DNA from: Anaerolineales bacterium
Lineage (GTDB): Bacteria > Chloroflexota > Anaerolineae > Anaerolineales > UBA11858
Length of the DNA: 64,000 nt
Direction of reading: 5' to 3'
Assembly: GCA_049644605.1 (NCBI GenBank)
Contig: JBARSF010000017.1
Coordinates: 7,805 to 71,804, forward strand
Positions 10,166 through 20,572 of this stretch are shown here, piece after piece; position 1 is the first letter of the stretch, and every line of letters starts with the position of its first letter. The translations under genes and the position numbers were made by a program. The notes under the pieces are model-generated. The model had not been told where the DNA came from, made no database searches, and worked only from the letters and a program-made list of their open reading frames with translations.

Positions 10166-10963
10166 TTATTTTCTTTCAGAAAGCGAAGTGCCTGTTCCAC
10201 CCCGTTTCACCAATAAGATTTCTGATAATATACTGAGCGCTATCTCTTCCGGCGTATCAGCATAAATATCCAAGCCAATCGGGGCATGGATCCGCTTCAG
10301 CTCATCTTTCTTAACACTAGAATCAAGTAGTTGTTTCTCTGTCAACTTCCATCTTCTTTGAGAGCTGATCACACCGATGTAAGACGCTGGCTCAGCCAGG
10401 ATTTCTGGAAGCCCACTAATATCCACCTGATTATTGCGTGTGGCCAACACAACTGCTGTTTGAGCCGAAAATCTATATTTTGAGGGTAGTTCCTCTAGTT
10501 TACAATGGATATACTCATCCGCCCCGGGCACTTCTTCAGCATTACAATACTCCTGGCGGTCATCGGAAAGGATAACACGGAAACCAAGCCAATTTGCCAG
10601 GTGGACAACCGCCCGGCCAACGTGTCCACCGCCAACAACCACAATATCATCAGGCCGCTTCAGTGGATCAATAAATATCTCCATGGTACCGCCGCAAATT
10701 CCCGGGTCGCCTTTATCTGAGTTGACAAGGTCATAGGAGAGAATTTTCGATTCTCCCGTTCGCAGGGTATCGACTGCTTCCTTAATAACTCTGCTTTCTA
10801 CTTCTCCTCCGCCGATTGAGCCCACGATTTTTCCATCGGGATAAACCAGCATTTTACTGCCCTCTCTCCGGGGAGTGGACCCTTTGGTCTTTATGATTGT
10901 ACAAAGGGCTCCTGAGGTTCCCTTCTGGGATAAATCCGCTAAAGAAGCAAATACTTCATTCAT
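10166..10963 (-). CDS. xdhC: XdhC/CoxI family molybdoenzyme maturation protein
   Basis: 265-aa ORF with ALCTIIKTKGSTPRREGSKMLV and a VVVGGGHVGRAV Rossmann motif, typical of XdhC. Confidence 0.85.
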   Translation of the reverse strand: MNEVFASLADLSQKGTSGALCTIIKTKGSTPRREGSKMLVYPDGKIVGSIGGGEVESRVIKEAVDTLRTGESKILSYDLVNSDKGDPGICGGTMEIFIDPLKRPDDIVVVGGGHVGRAVVHLANWLGFRVILSDDRQEYCNAEEVPGADEYIHCKLEELPSKYRFSAQTAVVLATRNNQVDISGLPEILAEPASYIGVISSQRRWKLTEKQLLDSSVKKDELKRIHAPIGLDIYADTPEEIALSILSEILLVKRGGTGTSLSERK

Positions 10964-10978
10964 AAAATATTCAGCTCG

Positions 10979-12337
10979 TCAGGATAAGGTTTCCAATAAA
11001 CTTAAGATCACGGGCAACAACTGTTTCTTCCGGGAGACGACTCCCTTGGCAAAACGGGTTCCATCCTGGCTGCCAGGATAAGGCAAATCATCAAAAGCTG
11101 GTGGTGGATTGTTGAAAATCAACCGGCTTGATCCCTGAACTACATCCGTCACCATTAAAATCGTAAAATCCAGGCCGCGGTTGAGCCGCAGCCGTTCGAG
11201 GGCTTTCTCCAATTCTTCCAGACGTTTATCAACCTGCATTAAATCTGTCACTTCTGCCTGGGCAATCCCAAAGTCTAATCCACCGGAAGAATACGTTTTC
11301 GTATCAGAGGATACAATCTCATCCGGATCCCTGGTCGAGATACCGGCACCAGCTTTAATAACTGCTTCACCAAATGAGTCGGTTGTTTCACCTTTAAGGG
11401 GGCTCTTTCCCGTAAAAGCCCAGCGTCCCAAACGCTCAACAGCCTTTTTATCTCGGTCAGTGGTAGTTGGAGATGTAAAAAATAAAGTATCGGAAAAAAT
11501 ACCTGCCAGCAGTATGCCTGAAATTTCAGCTGGAGCGCTCAACCCGGCTTCCAATATTCGTTCAGAAATGATTGTGCTGGTGCTTCCTACAACTTCAGTA
11601 GTAAAACGAATTGGCGCTCTCGTAAAGAGATTCCCGAGTCGATGGTGATCAATAATCTCCAGTAATTCAGCCTCTTCCAAGGCGCCAACTGCCTGTTCTT
11701 TTTCATTATGATCAACAAGGACAACCTGGACGCGAGGGGGATTGAGGATATCTCGCTGGCGGGAGAGACCTACATAAAGTCCATCATCATCCACAACAAA
11801 GAAGTAATTCCGCTCTTCCCGTAAAATCCGGTTGACTCCATCTCGAATTCGGCTTCCAGATTTAAATTGAGGTACTCCTGTATCCGCAGCCTCAAGACAG
11901 GGCGTTTCCAGTAATTCTGAGATGCGCATTTCCTGGCGTTTTGGGTGAGGACCAACCATTTCAGCCAGGAAAGTAAACAGGGTTAACCCATTAATTAAAC
12001 CGTAGGGTGTACCGTCATCGTTTACGATAGCGGCAACTCCACCGGTCCGACTGGCAATATCCCAGGCATCTCTGAGGGGTTTGTCAGGACTGGTCGTATC
12101 CATTCTCCTGGCGACAGATTCAAAACGGGGAGATACGTCTGTTAGCAAACAAGGCGGCTCAAGTTTTAAGCGATCCAGCACCCAGCTGGTTTGTGGATTT
12201 ATGGAACCCGCTCGGGCGGCAACTGCATTCACGCCATCCCGCTCTCGCAGCAACCAGGCATACCCAATTGCGGATGCAATGGAATCAGTATCAGGGTTTA
12301 CATGTCCAATAACATAAGTAATCTTTTCCATAGACAT
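10979..12337 (-). CDS. Family II (DHH) inorganic pyrophosphatase with CBS-domain insert (CBS-PPase type)
   Basis: GHVNPDTDSIASAI (DHH motif I), VDHNE, IIDHHRLG (DHH), an inserted CBS-like region and a DHHA2-like C-terminus. Confidence 0.75.
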   Translation of the reverse strand: MSMEKITYVIGHVNPDTDSIASAIGYAWLLRERDGVNAVAARAGSINPQTSWVLDRLKLEPPCLLTDVSPRFESVARRMDTTSPDKPLRDAWDIASRTGGVAAIVNDDGTPYGLINGLTLFTFLAEMVGPHPKRQEMRISELLETPCLEAADTGVPQFKSGSRIRDGVNRILREERNYFFVVDDDGLYVGLSRQRDILNPPRVQVVLVDHNEKEQAVGALEEAELLEIIDHHRLGNLFTRAPIRFTTEVVGSTSTIISERILEAGLSAPAEISGILLAGIFSDTLFFTSPTTTDRDKKAVERLGRWAFTGKSPLKGETTDSFGEAVIKAGAGISTRDPDEIVSSDTKTYSSGGLDFGIAQAEVTDLMQVDKRLEELEKALERLRLNRGLDFTILMVTDVVQGSSRLIFNNPPPAFDDLPYPGSQDGTRFAKGVVSRKKQLLPVILSLLETLS

Positions 12338-12454
12338 TTCCTAGCCAAAACAAGGTCTATTAGTTGATCTTTAATCAAAGTTAAACAACTAGGATTTAAC
12401 TACTAAATTATAACAGATTGATAAAAATCCCGCTTTTTCAGCGGATGTTGTTCT

Positions 12455-12492
12455 AAAAAAAACCGCCCGGGAAAATCTTCTCCCTGGGCGGT
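12455..12492 (-). terminator. Intrinsic terminator after the 12510-15518 gene
   Basis: 10-bp stem accgcccggg / cccgggcggt. On the minus strand it is followed by 8 T (A-run 12455-12462 on +). Confidence 0.8.
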
Positions 12493-12509
12493 TTTCCTGG
12501 AATCCAAGT

Positions 12510-15500
12510 TTACCTGTTTTTTATCAATTCCCTCCAAACTTTCTCCGGTGTGATGGGGTTTTGATCAATATCAGCTCCACAGGCATTATACACAGCATTG
12601 CCAACAGCCGGTGCAACACCATCCATTGGTATTTCCGCCACTGCTTTCACACCAAAGGGATGGGAAGGTTCAAATATTTCAATGAACAAAGTTTCCAACA
12701 CTGGCATTTCATGGGCTTCAAAGATATGATAGTCCCTGAAATTTTTCTCCCGTGCTCTTCCCAGCTCATCATAAACCATTTCTTCTGATACCGCATATCC
12801 CAAAGCCTGCGTCATACCACCTTCTACCTGACCGGAAGCAGTCACCGGGTTTACAATCACACCGCCGTCCAAAGCCATTATCAGTCGGTCAACGACAACC
12901 TGCCCGGTTTCCAGATCAACAGTCACTTCAGCAAATTGAGCAGCAAAAGGAGGAGGAGATACAGGAGACATAAACGAACCAACGGCCATGATTTGTTCCT
13001 GGTTGGCATGATGTAAAGAATGCATAGCAATTTCCTCCAGGGAAACCGCCTTCCCGTCTGGCGCAATTGCACAACGGTTGGAAAGTTCAATATCCGCAGG
13101 GTTGTAGTCTGATTTCCCTGTTCGGGACTCCAGGATCATAACCGCCCGGTCTCGTAATTTATCCGACACCTTAATTGCAGCATCTACAACCGCTGCGCCA
13201 GATATATAGGTGGTGCTGGAAGCATATGCTCCCTTATCAAAGGGGGTAAAATCAGTATCCGATGAATAGACAATCATATCCTCCAACGGAACTCCCAGGA
13301 TTTCAGCTGCCATCTGTGCCAGCACAGTATCAGAGCCTGTCCCTAAATCCGTCGCGCCTACCAGCAGGTTAAATGACCCATCGTCGTTTAATTTAAGACT
13401 CGCCCCGCCCATGTCCAGGTAAGGTATCGCTGTGCCCTGCATGACCAGGGCTGCGCCTAGTCCCCGTTTCAGATAGGGTTTCCCGGGAACATCTTTCCAG
13501 GTTTTGTCCTTCAATTTCTGGTCCCAGTCAATCGCTTCTCTTCCTCGTTGAACACATTCAGCAAGCCCATTGGTTTGAATGATTTCCAGTACCGGTTTCC
13601 GACCTTCACTCCAGGCGATGCTGAAGGGATGACTCTCTCCTGCTCGGAGGGCATTCTTAAGCCTGAACTCAAGGGGATCAAGATTAAGCTGGTGGGCGAT
13701 CTTTTCCATATGCCGCTCTACCGGCCAGTAACCCTGCGGCACACCATATCCTCGATAAGCACCTGCGGGAGGTGTATTGGTATAAACAATATCTGCATAA
13801 AAACGGATATTGGGAGACTCCCGGTACGGTCCACTCCCCACATAAAGCGCCATCGCCTTATGTCCGGTATTGCCAGTAACAGTCAGAGCATGAGCGCCAT
13901 TTGCGCCAGTATCACTGAGGGCATACATCTCGTTGGCTGTCATCGTGCCGTCTTTCTTTACCCCGGTTTTCATGCGGATGCGCATTGGATGCCGGGATCG
14001 GGATGCAATAAACTCCTCTTCCCGGGTGTAAACAAACTGCACCGGTCTTCGGGTGGCGATGGTTAAGTGGGCGGCAACATCTTCAATCAATATTTCCTGT
14101 TTCCCGCCAAATCCTCCCCCTATCCTGGGTTTGATCACCCGGATGCGTTTAATCGGCAAACCCAGGATCGGGGCAATCATCCTTCGCACATGAAATGGGA
14201 CCTGGGTACTAGTCCGGATAACCAATCTATCGTCTTCATCCCAATAGGTAATCACGGCATGCGGTTCAATATGCGCCTGCTGCACCTTGGGAACCTCATA
14301 TTCCCCTTCAATAATGTGGTCAGCCTCCTTAAACCCTTTTTGCACATCACCGATATCAATCCTGATCTCAGCAGCCAGGTTCTTTTTGGGATCGGAATCT
14401 GCAAAATTTACATAATCCTCTTCATCATGAATTATCGGCGCACCAGTTTTCATTGAGTCCCGGGAATCCAGAATTGCATCCAGCAATTCATATTCCACTT
14501 CAATTTTTTTGAGTGCTCTTACAGCAATCTCTTCCGATTCGGCAGCAACAAAAGCAACCCGATCTCCTACAAAACGAACCTTGTTATCCAGTGAAAAACA
14601 ATCCAACGGACCCGGAATCGGATCAGATTGACCAGCGGTTGAGTAGGCTACTCGGGGTAGATCTTTATAGGTCAAGACTGCTGCGACGCCTGGGATTTCC
14701 AGCGCTTTATCTATCTGGATAGATTTAATCCGGGCGTGTGCATGAGGACTGAAAAGCACCTTAGCATACAGCATATCCCGACGCTCAAAATCAGCTGTGA
14801 AGGCAGGTTTACCTTGAACTAATTTCACCGCATCTACTTTTTCTTTGGGTTTTCCGACTTGCTGCCAGAACTCCGGTTTGGTGCTTAATTTTTGTTTTGT
14901 GACTACTTTTTCAGCAGTTAAGGTTCCGCTATCAATCTGGAAGGGTTTTTTCGGGGGAATGGAGCCATCCGGCTGAGAATTGATCCATTCCGGTGGTACC
15001 TGAATGGGGTCCTCGATCGGCGGCACTTCAAGACCTCTTAGTCTTGCAGCAGCTCTGATCACTGCCTCAACAGGCTTTTTGTATCCCGTACAACGGCATA
15101 ATACACCAGACAGCGCATCCCTTACCTGGTCTTCTGAAGGGTCAGGCTCTCGGGAAATTAATTCCTTGGCAGCCAAAAGCTGGGCTGGTGTACAATATCC
15201 ACACTGAATCGCACCGGTTTTTACAAACTCTTGCTGTAAAATATGAAGTCCGCGGGTGTCTTTCCAACCCAGATCAGGATGCTCACCCATTAACTCAATC
15301 GTCTCAATCTCATGCCCTTCTGCCTGGGCAGCTAATACCAGGAAGGAATTAACGGGTTTGCCATCCAGTAAAACCGTATCCGCCCCGGATTTTCCATGTT
15401 CATCGCCAAATTTCACACTGCTGAATCCCAATCTCCTCAGAATTGTGAATAAGCGTTCTCCCGGTGGCACCTGCACATAAAAAGTCTCTTTATTGATAAT

Positions 15501-15518
15501 AAGCTCAAGATCCAACAT
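12510..15518 (-). CDS. XDH-family fused [2Fe-2S] + molybdopterin-binding subunit (1002 aa)
   Basis: N-terminal QCGYCTPAQ and CRCTGY ferredoxin motifs, followed by the a/b-hammerhead and Moco-binding regions (GGGFGGKQE, AYRGYGVPQG). Confidence 0.9.
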   Translation of the reverse strand: MLDLELIINKETFYVQVPPGERLFTILRRLGFSSVKFGDEHGKSGADTVLLDGKPVNSFLVLAAQAEGHEIETIELMGEHPDLGWKDTRGLHILQQEFVKTGAIQCGYCTPAQLLAAKELISREPDPSEDQVRDALSGVLCRCTGYKKPVEAVIRAAARLRGLEVPPIEDPIQVPPEWINSQPDGSIPPKKPFQIDSGTLTAEKVVTKQKLSTKPEFWQQVGKPKEKVDAVKLVQGKPAFTADFERRDMLYAKVLFSPHAHARIKSIQIDKALEIPGVAAVLTYKDLPRVAYSTAGQSDPIPGPLDCFSLDNKVRFVGDRVAFVAAESEEIAVRALKKIEVEYELLDAILDSRDSMKTGAPIIHDEEDYVNFADSDPKKNLAAEIRIDIGDVQKGFKEADHIIEGEYEVPKVQQAHIEPHAVITYWDEDDRLVIRTSTQVPFHVRRMIAPILGLPIKRIRVIKPRIGGGFGGKQEILIEDVAAHLTIATRRPVQFVYTREEEFIASRSRHPMRIRMKTGVKKDGTMTANEMYALSDTGANGAHALTVTGNTGHKAMALYVGSGPYRESPNIRFYADIVYTNTPPAGAYRGYGVPQGYWPVERHMEKIAHQLNLDPLEFRLKNALRAGESHPFSIAWSEGRKPVLEIIQTNGLAECVQRGREAIDWDQKLKDKTWKDVPGKPYLKRGLGAALVMQGTAIPYLDMGGASLKLNDDGSFNLLVGATDLGTGSDTVLAQMAAEILGVPLEDMIVYSSDTDFTPFDKGAYASSTTYISGAAVVDAAIKVSDKLRDRAVMILESRTGKSDYNPADIELSNRCAIAPDGKAVSLEEIAMHSLHHANQEQIMAVGSFMSPVSPPPFAAQFAEVTVDLETGQVVVDRLIMALDGGVIVNPVTASGQVEGGMTQALGYAVSEEMVYDELGRAREKNFRDYHIFEAHEMPVLETLFIEIFEPSHPFGVKAVAEIPMDGVAPAVGNAVYNACGADIDQNPITPEKVWRELIKNR

Positions 15519-15531
15519 CGTTGTTTATTCC

Positions 15532-16302
15532 TTAATTACTCTCAGTAATTTGACTGAGGCAGCGGAGGACAAGAGCTGCCCCGGTATCTGCCCGATACTC
15601 AGCAGTCGCCCACTGGTCACCAGCCCCACTGTAAGCATCCCTGGCAGCAGGTTCTGCTCCTTCCCCATCGGGTCCGTCCAAAACCAAAACCGGTTCAGTT
15701 CCATATCCAGCTAATACAATCCTGGTCCTCCCGGAAGGCCATTGAGTTACCGCAGCGGCAATAATTGGCTGATCAGCTGGTGAGCGGGCGGCATAATGAT
15801 ATGCGGTCTGGATCTGGGAAGGGATTGTAAGCCTGGTTACCAGCTTACCCTGCAGTGTCTCTTCCCGCAAAGGAAAAAAATCTCCCAGGCGAATCTGTTG
15901 AGTTTGATTCTTTTTCCCAACCAGCTCCAATTCAGCGTCCATTGACAATAAAACCGCCCCTATAGGAGAACGTCCATTGGCAGTGATTACTGTTCCTGCT
16001 AGGGTTGCTGCCTGTCGGCGGTTATAGGTTTCCTGGTGTTTGATGCTGCTGGTCAGAGCCGCGGGAAGCCCTTCATGATCAACCAGGTTTTGCAGTTTTA
16101 CTCCAGCGCCCAGGAGATGATTCTTTCCTTTCTTCTCAATCGTATCCAGTCCCAAATTCTGGATATCAACTACTGCAATGGGTCCCTCTTCCTTTTCATT
16201 CAGGTACAATCCGCCTCCTAATACCACTGTACGGGGATCCTTCCTTGTTAAGAGGGAAATCGTTTCCTCGATAGTATTGGGGCGGTGATATTCAATAATC
16301 AT
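15532..16302 (-). CDS. XDH-family FAD-binding subunit (CoxM-like)
   Basis: 256-aa ORF with RTVVLGGGLYL and a CO-dehydrogenase flavoprotein-like C-terminus. It lies 13 nt upstream of the FeS-Moco gene. Confidence 0.8.
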   Translation of the reverse strand: MIIEYHRPNTIEETISLLTRKDPRTVVLGGGLYLNEKEEGPIAVVDIQNLGLDTIEKKGKNHLLGAGVKLQNLVDHEGLPAALTSSIKHQETYNRRQAATLAGTVITANGRSPIGAVLLSMDAELELVGKKNQTQQIRLGDFFPLREETLQGKLVTRLTIPSQIQTAYHYAARSPADQPIIAAAVTQWPSGRTRIVLAGYGTEPVLVLDGPDGEGAEPAARDAYSGAGDQWATAEYRADTGAALVLRCLSQITESN

Positions 16303-16387
16303 GGTTAATATTCCTCATGCGTTGAGCCCTAGATAGATAATTCAAATCCAGGGGATAAACTGCTACCCAGGGCTGTCCCAGGTCTAT

Positions 16388-17386
16388 TTACTCGGCCGCA
16401 AACGTATCAATTAACAGTTTTGGATCGCCGCCAACATCATAGAGGATGGGTGTAGTGCATCCGTTTTCTTTGTATTGGTTAACTTTGGCTTTTGCCTCTT
16501 CCGGTGTTCCGGATGCAGTAATACGGTGAATTAGATCATCCGTAACGAGGTGTTTTGCTGCCTGGATCTGCTCATGAGTGGCCGGCCACCCTAAAATCGA
16601 TTGAATCTCATCCACGACATCATTAGAGACTCCAGAAGCCATGGCAATATGCGGCTGCTGTGCCAAGTATTGTGTTAACAATTCTCGACTGGAATCCATC
16701 GCTTCTGCACCATCCTCAGCAACTGAACAGACAACCAGCTGCGGGCGGTCAATATCATCCAGGGTCTTGCCAGCTCGCTTGGCACCAATTTCAATATTTT
16801 CCAGAGCCATTTTATTATACTCAACTGGCACACAATAGTTCATCACTACCCCATCACAAATCTCCCCGGCCAACTGGAGCATTTTTGGACCTGTGGCGCC
16901 AATCATGATCGGCACATTTCGGGGTTCTGTCCGTCCATGCACGACATCTAATTCGATATTCTTAACCTGGACAAATTCTCCATCAAAGGTGACATTTTCC
17001 ATATTCAGCAAACGTCGCATGACCTCCACCGTTTCACGCATGGCCGTGAGTGGTTTCCTTCGCTCTATGCCCACATTTTCTGCCAGCGGGTCCCACCAGG
17101 CGCCAATCCCGCAAATCATGCGGTTTGGAGCCAGATCATCCAGGGTCAGGAAAGTGGAAGCCAGCAACCCGATATTTCTGGTCCAGTTATTGATCACGCC
17201 AGATCCAATTTTGATTTTTTCGGTTACTGCTGCATAGGCTGCCATGGGCACGATTGCATCCCTTACCAGGCGGGATTCCGCCTGCCAGACAGCATCAAAT
17301 CCCTTCTCCTCAGCATAACGGACATATTCCAGTCCATCCCTAAGGTCATGGGCATCCTGCAAATACAGTGCAACTGGGTCTTTCAT
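16388..17386 (-). CDS. Luciferase-like (LLM class) oxidoreductase, probably F420-dependent
   Basis: LLM-type sequence ([16 protein letters not shown] ... GAWWDP). Start moved to the ATG at 17384-17386 because GGAGG lies 5 nt upstream of it. F420 dependence is inferred from the adjacent cof genes. Confidence 0.7.
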   Translation of the reverse strand: MKDPVALYLQDAHDLRDGLEYVRYAEEKGFDAVWQAESRLVRDAIVPMAAYAAVTEKIKIGSGVINNWTRNIGLLASTFLTLDDLAPNRMICGIGAWWDPLAENVGIERRKPLTAMRETVEVMRRLLNMENVTFDGEFVQVKNIELDVVHGRTEPRNVPIMIGATGPKMLQLAGEICDGVVMNYCVPVEYNKMALENIEIGAKRAGKTLDDIDRPQLVVCSVAEDGAEAMDSSRELLTQYLAQQPHIAMASGVSNDVVDEIQSILGWPATHEQIQAAKHLVTDDLIHRITASGTPEEAKAKVNQYKENGCTTPILYDVGGDPKLLIDTFAAE

Positions 17387-17416
17387 GTTAACCTCCATAG
17401 ATCTAATAAAAATTTC

Positions 17417-18028
17417 CTATTGTTCACTTACTCTTAATTCAGCTTCCATTAATGCGAAATCTTCCGGTTCGTCTAAATCCAATTCCAATGAGGGCAAATT
17501 GCATATCTCAAGCCTTGCGCCAGTTTCTCGGGCGCCCTGGCAGTGTTTTTCAAAAGATCCTTTTCCGTATTTAAAGTCAATCAAATCGGGAGGGCAGACA
17601 AACAGCACATTGGTTCCCAGGTTTTTGCGGTCCGGGGCAATCACAACCACAGGTGGATCATTTCTATAGGCCAGGATTGTCTTAATATCCTCTGCAGACA
17701 AACGGGGCAAATCTGCCGGGATGACCAGGATCCCGCAAGTTTCATAGGATTTTGCCACTTCTACAGCCCTGGAAAGGGCGGTATTCAATCCTGGACGACC
17801 ACGCTCCAGGACAGTTCTTGCGCCTAGATCCCGTGCTAAAGCCAAAGCCGCGGTGTCTCTGCTGATCACCAGGATATTATCTATCTCATCAATCGTATTT
17901 AATACACGAATCGTATGGTCTAACAAAGACTGATTTAGATCTGCCCTTTCATCAGCAGATATTACCTTTGCTAAACGTGATTTCCCCCTGCGCAGCGGCT
18001 TAACAGGGATTATTGCCCATAAAGCCAT
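17417..18028 (-). CDS. cofC: 2-phospho-L-lactate (or EPPG-forming) guanylyltransferase
   Basis: MALWAIIPVKPLRRGKSRL N-terminus typical of CofC/FbiD. AGGAGG RBS. Directly downstream of cofD. Confidence 0.8.
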   Translation of the reverse strand: MALWAIIPVKPLRRGKSRLAKVISADERADLNQSLLDHTIRVLNTIDEIDNILVISRDTAALALARDLGARTVLERGRPGLNTALSRAVEVAKSYETCGILVIPADLPRLSAEDIKTILAYRNDPPVVVIAPDRKNLGTNVLFVCPPDLIDFKYGKGSFEKHCQGARETGARLEICNLPSLELDLDEPEDFALMEAELRVSEQ

Positions 18029-18045
18029 CTTTATACCTCCTTCAA

Positions 18046-18978
18046 TTATCGCTGACCAAAATTCAGCACTTCATCTGCTAAACGGACCCGATCTTCCCTG
18101 GTTTTCATCCAGGTATCTGTACATAATACCTTTAATGATTTTGCTGATATACCTTCGATTTCACTAAGTAACTGATGATCTTGTTCATCAATCACAAAAC
18201 CGTCCAACAGCTCTCCATAATGGTGAGCAACTGCAGCTGCTGAGGGGGAAATCCCCATTTCGCGATACATTTTTGCAGCCGGCCCCTTCACTGCTTTTCC
18301 ACCAATAATCGGGGAAATTGCCATGACTGTCCCCTCTTCCAGCGCTGACCGGATTCCAGGGACTGCCAGGATAGGTCCAATGCTCACCCAGGGATTTGAA
18401 GGACAAATGACTATCAAATCTGCGGATTTTATAGCCTGAACGATTCCTGGCGCGGGTTGAGCATGTTCCGCTCCCTGATATGTAAAACCCGACACTGCAG
18501 GTTCACAAGCCGACCGAACAAAATATTCCTGAAATGCCAGTTCTCCCTGATCAGTCAGCACGGTGGTGGGGATTGGATCATCGCTCATGGGAATAACTTC
18601 GGCGCCAACACCCCAGGTTTGAATAAAATCAGCCGTAACCCGACTCAAGGATTCACCGGAACTCAATCGGCGAGTCCTTTCCAGGTGGGTAGCGAGATCT
18701 CTATTCCCCAGGCTGAACCAATCCGGACCGCCCAGCTTCTGTAGTTCCTCAAGTGTTTCCCAAGTCTCATCGGCTCTGCCCCAGCCAGTTTCTGGCCCTT
18801 CAATTCCAGCCAGTGTATAGCAGACAGTATCCAGATCAGGGCTGATCTTTAAACCATAGAGCGAAAAGTCATCTCCAGTATTAACAATCACCGTTAAGTC
18901 AGGCGATGAGCTCGATCGGGCTAAGCCATCGGCTAACTTTGCTCCACCTACACCACCTGCCAGGGCAACAACTTTCAT
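18046..18978 (-). CDS. cofD: 2-phospho-L-lactate transferase (FO phospholactyl transferase)
   Basis: MKVVALAGGVGGAKLADGL N-terminus and overall CofD-like length (310 aa). Confidence 0.88.
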   Translation of the reverse strand: MKVVALAGGVGGAKLADGLARSSSSPDLTVIVNTGDDFSLYGLKISPDLDTVCYTLAGIEGPETGWGRADETWETLEELQKLGGPDWFSLGNRDLATHLERTRRLSSGESLSRVTADFIQTWGVGAEVIPMSDDPIPTTVLTDQGELAFQEYFVRSACEPAVSGFTYQGAEHAQPAPGIVQAIKSADLIVICPSNPWVSIGPILAVPGIRSALEEGTVMAISPIIGGKAVKGPAAKMYREMGISPSAAAVAHHYGELLDGFVIDEQDHQLLSEIEGISAKSLKVLCTDTWMKTREDRVRLADEVLNFGQR

Positions 18979-19077
18979 GGACCAAATACCTGCTTTCTCC
19001 CACTGATTTTATTTCATTATAACTGACGGTCAAAACCACTATCCAGCCTATTAAGGAGGCAGCATTCACCATTTGCC

Positions 19078-19863
19078 TCAACGGAACAAATCTCTGGATT
19101 TATCCCGCTTTAATTCCTCAAAAGAACCATCCCGCAAGGGATAAGGAAATCCTCTGACATGCACTGCAGGATATCCTTCATCCGCCTGCCCCATCAAAAG
19201 CGAAGCAGCTGCCGCCAATTCATCAACGGCGCCGATCTGGGTAATTCTTAACCGGTAATCAAACAGATCCGGTTCTCCGCGCAGATCCACAACCCCTGGC
19301 AAACCTGACAACCCAATCGAGATTCCTACCGTTCCTACCCGCCAGGCTCGTCCATGGGAGTCGATAATTAACACACCAATAGAGACATTTTTCTCAGCTT
19401 CAATTTTCCAGCGTATTTCCTCTGCTGATTGATCCGGATTTTCCGGCAGCAGCAGGACCAGATCCTGGTTATTATCTTCACCTGGACCCACATTGGAATG
19501 ATCAATCCCGGCGTTGGCACAGACAAATCCACGGCGATGCTCCACAATAATCAAGCCCGGGCGACTGCGCAGCACTTCAGTGCTCTCCCTCAGGACCAGT
19601 TCCACTTCCCGGGGATCTTTTCCTGTTTTATCAGCCAGGTCTAAGGCCAGTTTTGAAGGCGAAACAGTCTGCAGGTCAACCATCCTTCCTTCAGCTTTCG
19701 AGACAATCTTCTGGGCAAGGACCAGGATATCACCATCCTTTAAGTTAATCTGGCTTTCGTCCAGGGCTCGAAGCAGGATCTCTGCCAGGTCATCACCGGG
19801 GTGAATTAGCGGAATCCCTTCCAGGACTGTCAGAATAAGTGGAGACCTTTCTCCGGATCTCAT
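19078..19863 (-). CDS. cofE: Coenzyme F420-0:L-glutamate ligase, single-domain form
   Basis: AQKIVSKAEGR ... KDPREVELVL ... GFVCANAGIDHSNV motifs. At 261 aa there is no fused nitroreductase-like domain. Confidence 0.85.
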   Translation of the reverse strand: MRSGERSPLILTVLEGIPLIHPGDDLAEILLRALDESQINLKDGDILVLAQKIVSKAEGRMVDLQTVSPSKLALDLADKTGKDPREVELVLRESTEVLRSRPGLIIVEHRRGFVCANAGIDHSNVGPGEDNNQDLVLLLPENPDQSAEEIRWKIEAEKNVSIGVLIIDSHGRAWRVGTVGISIGLSGLPGVVDLRGEPDLFDYRLRITQIGAVDELAAAASLLMGQADEGYPAVHVRGFPYPLRDGSFEELKRDKSRDLFR

Positions 19864-19874
19864 ACCAGGGACCT

Positions 19875-20525
19875 TTAGGTACCAATTATTTTAATACTGG
19901 CGTGTTTTATGTCGTTGTATTTATTAAGATACACCAGCACTGCTGTTATCCCTTCCAGGGTGATCGCGATATCCAGGTCACCCGCAAAATAAGCATTCAT
20001 TCCAGCGCCCCGGATTAACTCCATCACCTGGGCAGCATCCTCCTGCTGATCAGCACAAACCAGCACATCACTATCCAGTTCTTTGTCCAGATTTTTTAAC
20101 GCGCTGGCCGGAATGTTTTGAAACGCAGCTACAACACGGACTCCCTCTCCAAGAATATCCTGGGCAGTGCGAGCTGCGGAGGGTGGTTCGGGTGGTTTAG
20201 GGTTTGGAAATTGAATTCTGGCCGTAGCATCTACAAGGATTTTCCCCTGTAAATCATCCTTCAACCCCATTACTGCCGCTTCGTGCGCGGTTGCAACTAC
20301 AGTAAGCACATTAATATCCGCTTCCTGGGCGGCAGCCCCGTTCTCCATCCCCCGGATCAGGTTCTCTCCCAAAATCTCGTTTAATTCCCCGCTGACTTTG
20401 AGAGCTTTTTCCTCTTTCCGGGAACCGATAATCACCTGATATCCATTGGATGCCCACCGTAAAGCCAGTCCAGTACCTTCATGTCCTGTTCCACCCAGGA
20501 TTGCTATGGTTGGTTTTTTGGTCAT
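19875..20525 (-). CDS. npdG: NADPH-dependent F420 reductase
   Basis: IAILGGTGHEGTGLALRWASNGYQVIIGSR Rossmann N-terminus characteristic of NpdG; 216 aa. Confidence 0.85.
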   Translation of the reverse strand: MTKKPTIAILGGTGHEGTGLALRWASNGYQVIIGSRKEEKALKVSGELNEILGENLIRGMENGAAAQEADINVLTVVATAHEAAVMGLKDDLQGKILVDATARIQFPNPKPPEPPSAARTAQDILGEGVRVVAAFQNIPASALKNLDKELDSDVLVCADQQEDAAQVMELIRGAGMNAYFAGDLDIAITLEGITAVLVYLNKYNDIKHASIKIIGT

Positions 20526-20572
20526 TCACACCTCTCCTAACTACTTGTTTAACGATTAATTATTCTGATTCC

